Origin: a virus
Taxonomy: Duplodnaviria > Caudoviricetes
Virus record (IMG/VR): IMGVR_UViG_3300008255_000037
Span: 1-42,708 of that record
Reading direction: 5' to 3' (one strand)
Length of the DNA: 42,708 nt
Position 1 is the first letter of the stretch; each line of letters starts with the position of its first letter. Positions 26,836 through 35,024 of the stretch are shown piece by piece. The notes below the pieces were generated by a model. It searched no databases, was not told the origin of the DNA, and was given only the letters and a program-made list of their open reading frames with translations. The position numbers were made by a program, and so were the translations under genes.

Positions 26836-27972
26836 ATGGGAAATAGTACAGGTGGTGGAAGCGGTTTTGGAGATCTATCTAAGCTTAGTGAAAATCTTAA
26901 AAAAATGGAGACAAAGAAAGCAGATACAGCGACCGCTGCGGAACAAGCCAAACAAGATGCTTATAACAATATAGATACATCTACTGTTTCAGGAAGAGTT
27001 GCTAAAGCTGCCGGTGTATCACCTACTGCCCTACAACAGGATATTACTAGAGGAGCACAATTTGGAGAAGCTGTTATAGGTCCTGAAGGTCTAGGTAGAT
27101 TAGGTACAGATAAAACTATACAAGGAATGGAAGCACAGGCGGCAGAGCTTGCTAAAGGATATTCTTCAGCGGAGTTTCAAGCCAGGGGAGAAAAAGGCTT
27201 AGAAGCAATTAATGCAGGTACTCAAGCACAATCCCGGTCAGCACAAGCAGCTTTGGCTAGATCAGGTGTTAAAGGTCAAGCAGCAGGTGCTCAATTAGGT
27301 CAAATAGCCCAGGCAGGTATACAAGCTAGAGGAAACCTTCAAAGAGATCTTCTTATTGGTAACAGAGAGGCTCAGATGTCTGGACTTGCAATGCAAAATC
27401 AAATGGTTACTAGTAATAGAACTTTTGATATAGGACAGGCAGCTAAAGAAAAAGACATTGCTTTACAAGCCGGTCTTGGATTTGCTCAAATGGGAAGCGC
27501 AGAAAGAGGGGCTTTACAAGCGTCTCAGGCACAAATAGCGGCTGCTAAAGCAGGTAAGTCCTCTTGCTTTATTGAAGGTACTAAAATCAAGATGTTAGAT
27601 GGATCTCTTAAGAATATAGAAGACATAGACATTGCTGATTTTATTCTAGAGGGCGGTGTAGTATATACTATATCTAAATCATTAATAAGCACTATTTATA
27701 AGTATAACGATATAGTCGTAGCTGGCGGGCATGCTGTTCTGGAAGAAGGTAAATGGATCAGGGTAAGTGATAGTAAAACTTCTATACCTATGGAAGGTAT
27801 ATTTCCTGTATATAATCTAAGTAATGAAAACCACAGAATAGTTACAGAGTGTGGTACAATATTTGCAGATTATGACGAGACAGATTATTGTTCTACGATA
27901 ACTGATGCAGAAAACCTGGAGGTTTTAAATGGAAAAGGTAGCAAAGTACTGGAAACAGGAAGAAGGGTATGA
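26836..27972 (+). CDS. Internal virion/ejection protein with C-terminal Hint domain
   Basis: A/Q/G-rich N-part; from Cys244: CFIEGTKIKMLDGSLKNIEDI...GGHAV...VYNL...H.I...FADYDE. Confidence 0.82.
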   Translation: MGNSTGGGSGFGDLSKLSENLKKMETKKADTATAAEQAKQDAYNNIDTSTVSGRVAKAAGVSPTALQQDITRGAQFGEAVIGPEGLGRLGTDKTIQGMEAQAAELAKGYSSAEFQARGEKGLEAINAGTQAQSRSAQAALARSGVKGQAAGAQLGQIAQAGIQARGNLQRDLLIGNREAQMSGLAMQNQMVTSNRTFDIGQAAKEKDIALQAGLGFAQMGSAERGALQASQAQIAAAKAGKSSCFIEGTKIKMLDGSLKNIEDIDIADFILEGGVVYTISKSLISTIYKYNDIVVAGGHAVLEEGKWIRVSDSKTSIPMEGIFPVYNLSNENHRIVTECGTIFADYDETDYCSTITDAENLEVLNGKGSKVLETGRRV

Positions 27973-28252
27973 TACATATCATGATAATGACGGCTTTTAC
28001 GCTTACTACGTTAATGGCGATGAGTTTTTTATTGCATTTTGCCTTATTGAAAAAGGAAAGAGTTACAGTTTCTTTAAAAAAATGCAAGAGCACGCCAGAG
28101 CAGAAGGTGCTAAATATATAACAGGAAATTTGGATCTAACTGACCATAATAAAGATGGTTACAATAGGAAGATCATGGTACACTTAGGACATGGATATAG
28201 AGTGATATCAGTAACTAACAACAGGATAACAGTATTAAAACATTTATATTAA
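27929..28252 (+). CDS. GNAT-like acetyltransferase-fold protein
   Basis: GF..Y...EFFI, G.G/K.....K.....A...G.K.I.G, .GY pattern; position among ejection genes. Confidence 0.55.
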   Translation: MEKVAKYWKQEEGYDTYHDNDGFYAYYVNGDEFFIAFCLIEKGKSYSFFKKMQEHARAEGAKYITGNLDLTDHNKDGYNRKIMVHLGHGYRVISVTNNRITVLKHLY

Positions 28253-28581
28253 TCACGCTATTACTATCAAACCTATCTTTTTCAAAAGGTATAGACCCTA
28301 GGGTAATGGTTGCTTTAAAGAAGTTTCAAAATGAAACCGCTTGTGAAGTGAAGATATCTTCTGGGTATAGGTATCCTGAGAAAAACAAGTTAGTAGGAGG
28401 TGTTAAAGGTTCCTATCATATACAAGGAAAAGCACTGGATTTATATTTCCCAAGATGTCTAACCTATATGCCAGATTTGGCTAAGATAGCATTTAAATAC
28501 TTTAATGGAGTTATAGTTTATAAAAGACATATACATGTAGATATAAGAAATGTGCCTTATTTTGGCAAAGGGAGCTACTAA
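28234..28581 (+). CDS. Peptidase M15 (D-Ala-D-Ala-type) endolysin with signal peptide; probable ATT start (first ATG 28306)
   Basis: ISSGYR...N..VGG...S.H..GKALD...HIHVD motifs; in-frame extension (M)KTFILITLLLSNLSFS. Confidence 0.85.
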   Translation: MKTFILITLLLSNLSFSKGIDPRVMVALKKFQNETACEVKISSGYRYPEKNKLVGGVKGSYHIQGKALDLYFPRCLTYMPDLAKIAFKYFNGVIVYKRHIHVDIRNVPYFGKGSY

Positions 28582-29822
28582 TGGCAAAGATACTAGACGA
28601 AGAACAAAAGAAGAAACTTGAACTAGCGGCTGCTAGAAAATCAATGGATAACATATCCGCTAATTCTACACTACCTAATTTAGAAGGTTACAATAAAGAA
28701 GATCTAATAAAACCTAGTATTGAAGAAAAAGCAGCTATATTAAAAAATAATAAAGAACATATTGCCCAAGGCATTACTGAAAACCCAGATATTAAAGACT
28801 CTGAAAAGAAAAAAGCCATTAACTATATAACTAATGATAAAGCCATAGATAAAACTACTACTAAAATGATTAAGAAAGAGGCTGTTGGAGATGATACCCC
28901 TGCTAAAAGTTCTGCCGATCAGTTTAAAGAAGCACTTATGTTCTTCGCTCCTCAATTAATTGCCGGTGCAGTAGGAGGTGTTTTAGAAGGTGACGCAGGT
29001 ATAGTTGCTGGGTATCAAGCCGGAGGGCAAGCTAGAGACGCCTTTATAAATTATAAGACTAACGAAAGAGAAATGCAGCTGAAGGAAGAAAAACTTAATC
29101 TGGCTGAAAAAAAGGCATTAGCAGGTCCTGCACCAAAGCCTTATCAGCAATTAAGAGATTCTTTTATAACTGATGCTAATGGTAATATGACACCTGCTTT
29201 ATTAGACCCTATATCTGGGAACGTAATTAATCCGGTGACTAAACAAATCATAAAATCAGCAGATCAATTGACTACATCTGAAGCAAGGCGCTTAAAACAA
29301 GCCTCTTCCTTAAGTGATAGACAAGTAGATGCAGTTAAAGGATTTGAAAACTCTCTTAGTGCATTAGATGCAATAGACGGATATAAAGCCAAAGTTAACA
29401 CAGGACCTCTTATAGGAAGGACACAGTCACTAGGGTCCTCTATGGATATGGCTAGTCCTGAATTCGTTGCCTTAAGAACAGAAACAGAAAATGCAAAAGC
29501 CGATTTTCTAAAATCTATGTCAGGTGCTCAGGTTAGTGATAATGAGGCTAGAAGGTTAGCTAATATCATACCTAATGTAAAAGATGATGACGGTACTTTT
29601 AAAGCTAAGTCATTAACCTTTAGAAAAATACTACAAAGACACAGATCATCTATAGCAGAAGCTATAAAAACAGGTCAGCCATTAAAAGCAGATGTTGTAA
29701 ATGAGATGAAAAGAGAAGCCTTGAAATCAGGCTTGTATCAAGAAGAAGAAAGCGGTGCTTCAGTAAATATTGATATGCAAATGAGTATAATAGATAAAAT
29801 CATGGCTAAGAGGAAAAAATAA
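28581..29822 (+). CDS. Ejection protein (internal virion)
   Basis: TGP..G and SGAQVSDNEARRL...IP motifs typical of podoviral DNA-transfer proteins. Confidence 0.7.
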   Translation: MAKILDEEQKKKLELAAARKSMDNISANSTLPNLEGYNKEDLIKPSIEEKAAILKNNKEHIAQGITENPDIKDSEKKKAINYITNDKAIDKTTTKMIKKEAVGDDTPAKSSADQFKEALMFFAPQLIAGAVGGVLEGDAGIVAGYQAGGQARDAFINYKTNEREMQLKEEKLNLAEKKALAGPAPKPYQQLRDSFITDANGNMTPALLDPISGNVINPVTKQIIKSADQLTTSEARRLKQASSLSDRQVDAVKGFENSLSALDAIDGYKAKVNTGPLIGRTQSLGSSMDMASPEFVALRTETENAKADFLKSMSGAQVSDNEARRLANIIPNVKDDDGTFKAKSLTFRKILQRHRSSIAEAIKTGQPLKADVVNEMKREALKSGLYQEEESGASVNIDMQMSIIDKIMAKRKK

Positions 29823-31786
29823 TGGAAAGATACCAAGAAGATATTTTAGAAGAAAAGTTATCCCAGTTATCAGACGATGAGCTTATGGAGTATAAAACAG
29901 AGCTTCAAAAGGAGCAGTTAAAAGCCGAAGCTCCTGAGCCTACTACGGGGGAAGCCCTTTCAACTGGTTTTGTTGAAGGTGTCCCTTTCTTAAAAGATGT
30001 AGTAGCTGGCGTAGATGCAATAGGACAAATGGCTTCTTCAGAAGATCCTATAAGTATTGATTCTTTTGTAGATAAATATAGAAATAACATGAGTGACATG
30101 AATGACGCCATAAACCTTGCTGAAGAAAAGTCTCCTTATTTAACAGGAGCCGGTGGTTTTGCAGGTACATTGGCAACAGTCCCTTTGGCAGGAGCTAGTT
30201 TAGGTGGTGCAGCCGCTTTTGGCGTGGTGGATACACTTTCAAAAAGTGAAGATAGAGGTCTATCTGACGTGGCTACTGGAGCTGCTTTAGGTGTAGGTGG
30301 TAAATTAGTAGGTGACAAAGTAGGAAATATTGTAGGAAAAGGAATTAGAAAAACAGGTAAATTCCTTTCAAATAAGGCTGATGAAGCACTTTCACAGCTA
30401 ATAGGTACAGATAAAAAATGGGGCGCTAGTAATATATATAAACACCTACAAAAAACAGGGCAATCTAAAGAAGAATTTGCAAGCGCTATTAGAAAAATGG
30501 GAATTGTTGAAGCCGGTGATGACACAGCCGCTATGTTAACTAAAGCTACTAATGTAAAACAAAAAGTAGGTAAAGAAATAGGTAATTTTTATAGAGAGGT
30601 AGATTCTACTTATAAGCCAGAGATTGACCTTAATGGTATGAAACAACGCCTTAAAGACGATGTTCTCCCTGAATTTCATTTATCTGATGACCCTGGGCAT
30701 AGAGAGATAGGAAAATCATTAGAATCTTTTATAGATGAATTAGGATATAAACAAGTTAATATCAAGACTACTATAAAAGATGGTGTTAAAGAAGTAACTT
30801 CTGAGACAGTAGAGGACGGGACATGGGGGATTTCTAGGTTACACGACTTACAGACAAATATTAATAAAAGAATACAGGCTATATATAAAAGCAATAGAGC
30901 AGATGTAACATCAGCTAAAGAACAGGAGAGAAAAGTAGCCTCTGCTATAGGAGATATAATTGATGACACACTGGATTCTATTCCTGTAAAAGAAGGGGAT
31001 GCAAGTGGTATTTTAGGTAAAGTAAAAAACCTAAGAAAAGGGTACCAAAACTCTGTTAAAGTAGAAGAGATGCTTTCAGATAAATTATCTAAAACTACAG
31101 ACAACGCCTTATCCGGTCTTCAAGTAAACTTTAGAACTCTTGCCATAGCAGGGTCAGGAGCGGGTTTAGGGGGTCCAGCAGGAGCCATTATTGCTTTAGG
31201 TCTGGACAAGATTATTAGAGATCCTCATACACCTACATATATAGCGCAAGGTCTACCAAAAGTAGCACAGCACTTGACGGGAGGTTTAGCAAGTCCTGTT
31301 GTACAGAAATTGGTTGTAGCATCTAGTTTAAATAGCGATAAATTTAAGAAAACTTTAGAAAGCGCAATAGCTGAAATAAACCTTACAGAAGAACCTATCC
31401 AAAGAAGCGTAGAACAATCATTAATGAAGTCTACAGATATAGAGAAGTTATTAAAAGATAAACTTCCCTCTTTACATGCAGAATATACTGATTTACTAGA
31501 AAGTAATAACACAGGTGGAATGGCTAGATTTCTAGATACTCTATCTAAGAACCCTAAAGCTCAGAAATTCTTCGCACCTGGTATAGGCTTTGATGGCTTA
31601 GTTTACAGTGAGGAAGATAAGGCTCAATTAGAAACTCAAGTTAGACAGGCTGACATACCTGGCGCACAAAGAGTACAATTTATAAATGATCTTAGAGCAA
31701 ATGGTACTATACCTGATCTAAATAAAGTAGTACAAGCACCGCCTAAGCAATGGGTAAAATCTACTAAAAAGGTTCACGATTATTAA
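29822..31786 (+). CDS. Large ejection protein (internal virion)
   Basis: 654 aa, helical, glycine-zipper segments; last gene of the arm. Confidence 0.7.
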   Translation: MERYQEDILEEKLSQLSDDELMEYKTELQKEQLKAEAPEPTTGEALSTGFVEGVPFLKDVVAGVDAIGQMASSEDPISIDSFVDKYRNNMSDMNDAINLAEEKSPYLTGAGGFAGTLATVPLAGASLGGAAAFGVVDTLSKSEDRGLSDVATGAALGVGGKLVGDKVGNIVGKGIRKTGKFLSNKADEALSQLIGTDKKWGASNIYKHLQKTGQSKEEFASAIRKMGIVEAGDDTAAMLTKATNVKQKVGKEIGNFYREVDSTYKPEIDLNGMKQRLKDDVLPEFHLSDDPGHREIGKSLESFIDELGYKQVNIKTTIKDGVKEVTSETVEDGTWGISRLHDLQTNINKRIQAIYKSNRADVTSAKEQERKVASAIGDIIDDTLDSIPVKEGDASGILGKVKNLRKGYQNSVKVEEMLSDKLSKTTDNALSGLQVNFRTLAIAGSGAGLGGPAGAIIALGLDKIIRDPHTPTYIAQGLPKVAQHLTGGLASPVVQKLVVASSLNSDKFKKTLESAIAEINLTEEPIQRSVEQSLMKSTDIEKLLKDKLPSLHAEYTDLLESNNTGGMARFLDTLSKNPKAQKFFAPGIGFDGLVYSEEDKAQLETQVRQADIPGAQRVQFINDLRANGTIPDLNKVVQAPPKQWVKSTKKVHDY

Positions 31787-31814
31787 TAATGATAAATATT
31801 TCTAGAAATAACAA

Positions 31815-31837
31815 AGCCCCTTAATAGGGGCTATTTT
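31815..31837. terminator. Bidirectional terminator between the convergent arms
   Basis: AGCCCCT-TAAT-AGGGGCT flanked by A- and T-rich tracts. Confidence 0.8.
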
Positions 31838-31859
31838 AATCTAAAATATATATTGTTTA

Positions 31860-32015
31860 TCACTTATCCCGAAGAATCATTAGTAAACATAAAGGTATCA
31901 CCAATATGGTTAATATCATCCCTTCAGTGTCCTTTAAATATGCTCTGTACAGTAAACTAGCAGAACAAATTGCCAGGTAAATATATCCTCTAAATACTGT
32001 TGTTTCTTTACTCAT
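31860..32015 (-). CDS. 51-aa two-TM membrane protein
   Basis: MSKETTVFRGYIYLAICSASLLY...LTILVIPLCLLMIL; overlaps the upstream stop. Confidence 0.5.
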   Translation of the reverse strand: MSKETTVFRGYIYLAICSASLLYRAYLKDTEGMILTILVIPLCLLMILRDK

Positions 32016-32154
32016 CTTCTGGCTCCCATTTACATAATATCCCTAATCTTTCCATCCTACTTAGTAGGATATCAAATGTGTGGTAGTCACTTGCTTCTAC
32101 TGGCGTTGAATTATATAAGTTAATCATTTCTTGTATCATTTCACTTCTCTTCAT
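32008..32154 (-). CDS. 48-aa hypothetical protein
   Basis: AAGGA RBS; MKRSEM...WEPEDE. Confidence 0.6.
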   Translation of the reverse strand: MKRSEMIQEMINLYNSTPVEASDYHTFDILLSRMERLGILCKWEPEDE

Positions 32155-32163
32155 AGGTATCCT

Positions 32164-32253
32164 TTACATGTACTTCTTAAGTTCTTTCACGACTTCTACA
32201 TATCCTTGTCTTGATGCCCATCTTAGTGCATCATTTAGTTCTGTTTGTGTCAT
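32164..32253 (-). CDS. 29-aa single ankyrin-repeat-like peptide
   Basis: AAGGAG RBS; MTQTELNDALRWASRQGYVEVVKELKKYM. Confidence 0.55.
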   Translation of the reverse strand: MTQTELNDALRWASRQGYVEVVKELKKYM

Positions 32254-32287
32254 TGATTCTCTCCTTAACATGTTCTCTCTCATATTC

Positions 32288-32638
32288 TTATTTCTTAATC
32301 ACCTTTACAATCTTCTCTAGACTCCTCCCACCACTATATACTCCAAGGAATAATTCAGTCAAAGAATATACTTGAGCAGGAGCATCAACAAATTTAAACC
32401 CGTCTAAAAGTATAAGTGTAAATAACACTAAGGCACATAAGGGGCGCCATGCTGCTACGATCCAATGATCAGACTTTGCTTCTGCCGTCATAAGTTCTAC
32501 AGATTTAGCCTGCATCTGTGCTTGGATAGATGCCAACTCATTTCTAAGCTTACCTCTCTCCTCATCTGATACATGAATCTCATCAATAAGATTAACTGCT
32601 GGCTTAAAAATATCACTGATAAATCCAAATAAGTTCAT
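32288..32638 (-). CDS. 3TM-family holin
   Basis: IDE.H.SDEER, AEAKSDHW....WRP, LG.Y..GRSLEK motifs. Confidence 0.85.
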   Translation of the reverse strand: MNLFGFISDIFKPAVNLIDEIHVSDEERGKLRNELASIQAQMQAKSVELMTAEAKSDHWIVAAWRPLCALVLFTLILLDGFKFVDAPAQVYSLTELFLGVYSGGRSLEKIVKVIKK

Positions 32639-32646
32639 ATAACCTC

Positions 32647-32766
32647 CTATTTGTTTTGTCTACAAACTGATTTTATAGACTGCAATTCCTGTTCCAAAAC
32701 AATAAAGCCACTGTTCGTGGCGGATATCGTCATTATAAATAACATTCCTATAAATAATACGTCCAT
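32647..32766 (-). CDS. 39-aa hydrophobic microprotein
   Basis: Fills the gap; MDVLFIGMLFIMTISA... Confidence 0.4.
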   Translation of the reverse strand: MDVLFIGMLFIMTISATNSGFIVLEQELQSIKSVCRQNK

Positions 32767-32771
32767 AACTC

Positions 32772-32984
32772 TCATCTGCCATACCTCCTGTACTGGTCAA
32801 AAACAGTTCTTATTATTTTAAAATATCTAGGTCTGCCTTGAGGATTTAACCAATAACATATATTGTCATTGCTTTTATAAAAAAATAAAATTTTACATTT
32901 AACATAATCAGCATTCTTATGATAAACTTTATATATTTTAAAGTATAAATCTGAGGGGTGTATAGTAAGGTACATATTACGCAT
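32772..32984 (-). CDS. Hypothetical protein
   Basis: 70-aa ORF overlapping the upstream stop. Confidence 0.55.
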   Translation of the reverse strand: MRNMYLTIHPSDLYFKIYKVYHKNADYVKCKILFFYKSNDNICYWLNPQGRPRYFKIIRTVFDQYRRYGR

Positions 32985-33189
32985 CCTTGTCCACAGAAAA
33001 TAAAGGTAGCATTATTACTTGCCCTGCTTTAAAAACAAGGGTTCCAGAAGGAAACTCTCCGTCTAATAAGGCTATAGTAACGTCTTCTAATGCATGTATT
33101 ATAAGCGTATCCTCGTCTAACTGAATGTTTAAAACCTCGCTTTGATCAGAAGCGTCTTTGTCTAAAACCATAATTCTTGGAATTTTCAT
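32977..33189 (-). CDS. Hypothetical protein
   Basis: 70-aa ORF, AGGAG RBS. Confidence 0.6.
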   Translation of the reverse strand: MKIPRIMVLDKDASDQSEVLNIQLDEDTLIIHALEDVTIALLDGEFPSGTLVFKAGQVIMLPLFSVDKDA

Positions 33190-33434
33190 TATTTTCTCCT
33201 TAGAATAATATACAGTAAATGTCCTGTATCTTCACAAATAACTCTTATTGTACCGGTAATTTTATTTCTACTAGACCTTATTCTTTTAATATAAGTTAAA
33301 GGATACTTACCCTCACAAGCAGACTTAATCATACCAAAAACTGTCATAGGATAGTTAGAGCATATTATAGAGGTGATATTATGCCCAAAAAAAGGTGCTA
33401 AAATGGCTTCTGTATGCTCCTCTCCAAATATCAT
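33189..33434 (-). CDS. Hypothetical protein
   Basis: 81-aa coupled ORF. Confidence 0.55.
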   Translation of the reverse strand: MIFGEEHTEAILAPFFGHNITSIICSNYPMTVFGMIKSACEGKYPLTYIKRIRSSRNKITGTIRVICEDTGHLLYIILRRK

Positions 33435-33793
33435 CTTATCCCTAACGCCTTCTTAAATCTATCGTCTAATTCAGGATAAGTGTCAATTTGATACTCTTGG
33501 GTAACCCACATAATCATAGCATTAGCAGCAATATGTAATAAATGGCTTCTACCGCTTTCAATATCGTTATCTTCACCGTTCATGAAGGAATGTATATGTC
33601 TCATAATACTATCATAAGGAACTGTATAAGGCTGTCCTTTAGCATAATTCCATCTACTGTACTTCTTAGCTGATTCAGTCATAAGATCAGCTAAAGCTAT
33701 TATAAATCCTGGCGCTATATGGTGACAACCTGGCTTATCATTATTATACCTCAATGAGCCTGTGGATAATTTCCCTTTAGCCTTATCTTCCAT
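33431..33793 (-). CDS. dATP/dGTP diphosphohydrolase (DUF5664-like)
   Basis: LRYN.DKP, AKKY..WNY.KG, DSIMRH, D.ESG..HL.H.AAN motifs. Confidence 0.85.
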   Translation of the reverse strand: MEDKAKGKLSTGSLRYNNDKPGCHHIAPGFIIALADLMTESAKKYSRWNYAKGQPYTVPYDSIMRHIHSFMNGEDNDIESGRSHLLHIAANAMIMWVTQEYQIDTYPELDDRFKKALGIR

Positions 33794-34391
33794 GTCCGTA
33801 CTCCTTTAGTCTTCTTAATCCAATTCTTATAAAACCCCAACGAGCATATTCACTTAAAATACCTTCTATATGGTCCAGGTAAATAGCTATCTTGGTCTTT
33901 TGAAACCAAGAGTTTTTACATTCCCCAATACACCCGTTTTTAACAAGGCTACTAATAGACATTACACCATAAATCTCAACACGTCCTGTATCAGTATCTA
34001 CCGTACAAGGAACCATATAATGAAGCTGTTTAGGGTTATTTATAATAGGGTCCGTTCTCTGCATAATCCAGGAAGCCCCGTACATCCTCTTACTCTCTAA
34101 AGTCTGTCCTTTAACATGGAAATGATGTACGCCATCATAAAGATCAGGATCAAAGCTTTTCTTTCTAGCTTCGTGTATGGAGAAATCAGGCTTATTTACA
34201 GGAAATCCTTTGTCTTTAAGCATCTTATATACAGCTATTTCCGCATAGGACCCTGCCAATATATCGATTTCTTTAAAACCGCCTCTTTTTTGATACAGCT
34301 CTACATTATCATTTACCCGGGCTTCTGTAAATTGCTTAGCCCTCCTCATGTCCGCTTTATTTAAATAAATAGTCTCTACTAGATTAATCAT
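33783..34391 (-). CDS. Putative PD-(D/E)xK nuclease-fold protein
   Basis: G..AE.AV...PDF...DPDL...VK arrangement. Confidence 0.55.
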   Translation of the reverse strand: MINLVETIYLNKADMRRAKQFTEARVNDNVELYQKRGGFKEIDILAGSYAEIAVYKMLKDKGFPVNKPDFSIHEARKKSFDPDLYDGVHHFHVKGQTLESKRMYGASWIMQRTDPIINNPKQLHYMVPCTVDTDTGRVEIYGVMSISSLVKNGCIGECKNSWFQKTKIAIYLDHIEGILSEYARWGFIRIGLRRLKEYGHGR

Positions 34392-34632
34392 TTAATGCTC
34401 GTTCATATTCTCTCTTAATATCTTTAGCGTTTCCTAATTGAGCTACAATACTTTCTTCTGGTATATCTACGTAGCTATCTAGTCCAGATACACTATATAT
34501 AAATATATCTTCGTCAAGTATAGTTATTTTAGTTACTATACCTACCATAAAAGAACCCTGATGATTGTAGGCTAGAATGTCATTAATATTATACTTCATT
34601 TGAATCTCCTTTATATAATCTATGGTCTTCAA
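34384..34632 (-). CDS. Hypothetical protein (SH3-like, KY..ND.. pattern)
   Basis: 82-aa ORF; the true start may be the internal MKYNIND. Confidence 0.55.
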   Translation of the reverse strand: MKTIDYIKEIQMKYNINDILAYNHQGSFMVGIVTKITILDEDIFIYSVSGLDSYVDIPEESIVAQLGNAKDIKREYERALND

Positions 34633-34771
34633 AACCTATACCCTCCATTTGTTTAAAACAATCCTCACATACAAAATAGTCCTTTCCAATAGGATATCTG
34701 TTCTTAGATGCTGCAAAAAGGAAACCACAATCATCCTTACCACACCGAGCACATTTAAAATCGTCTTCCAT
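34589..34771 (-). CDS. Small zinc-finger protein (CxxC...CxxC)
   Basis: CARC, CEDC; GAGGAGG RBS before MEDDFK. Confidence 0.65.
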   Translation of the reverse strand: MEDDFKCARCGKDDCGFLFAASKNRYPIGKDYFVCEDCFKQMEGIGFEDHRLYKGDSNEV

Positions 34772-34830
34772 GTTCCTCCTCATATATTTTCTTAAGATTA
34801 GTATAGATTATAGGATGTATATCTATAAGT

Positions 34831-35016
34831 TTATTCATTATCCATATTGCCATTTTTATTTTTTCTAACCTTACGTTTCCTTGGTTCTTCTCCATGTATA
34901 ACAGCCCTTTTTATTTCGTAAATAGATATATCTAGTTTGTCTGATATTTCTTTATACGTCTTACCTAGTTTTCTTTCTATTAAAATAGCTTCTAATATAC
35001 TTTCTCTGTAGCGCAT
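34831..35016 (-). CDS. Small HTH protein
   Basis: GKTYKEISDKLDISIYEIKR. Confidence 0.65.
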   Translation of the reverse strand: MRYRESILEAILIERKLGKTYKEISDKLDISIYEIKRAVIHGEEPRKRKVRKNKNGNMDNE

Positions 35017-35024
35017 AACCTGCC

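Noticed and set aside
10869-31512. Numerous minus-strand ORFs inside structural genes, and plus-strand ORFs such as 156..404, 4830..5120, 5148..5399 and 37037..37219
   Set aside because: Antisense shadows with no RBS or recognisable motifs, overlapping better-supported genes
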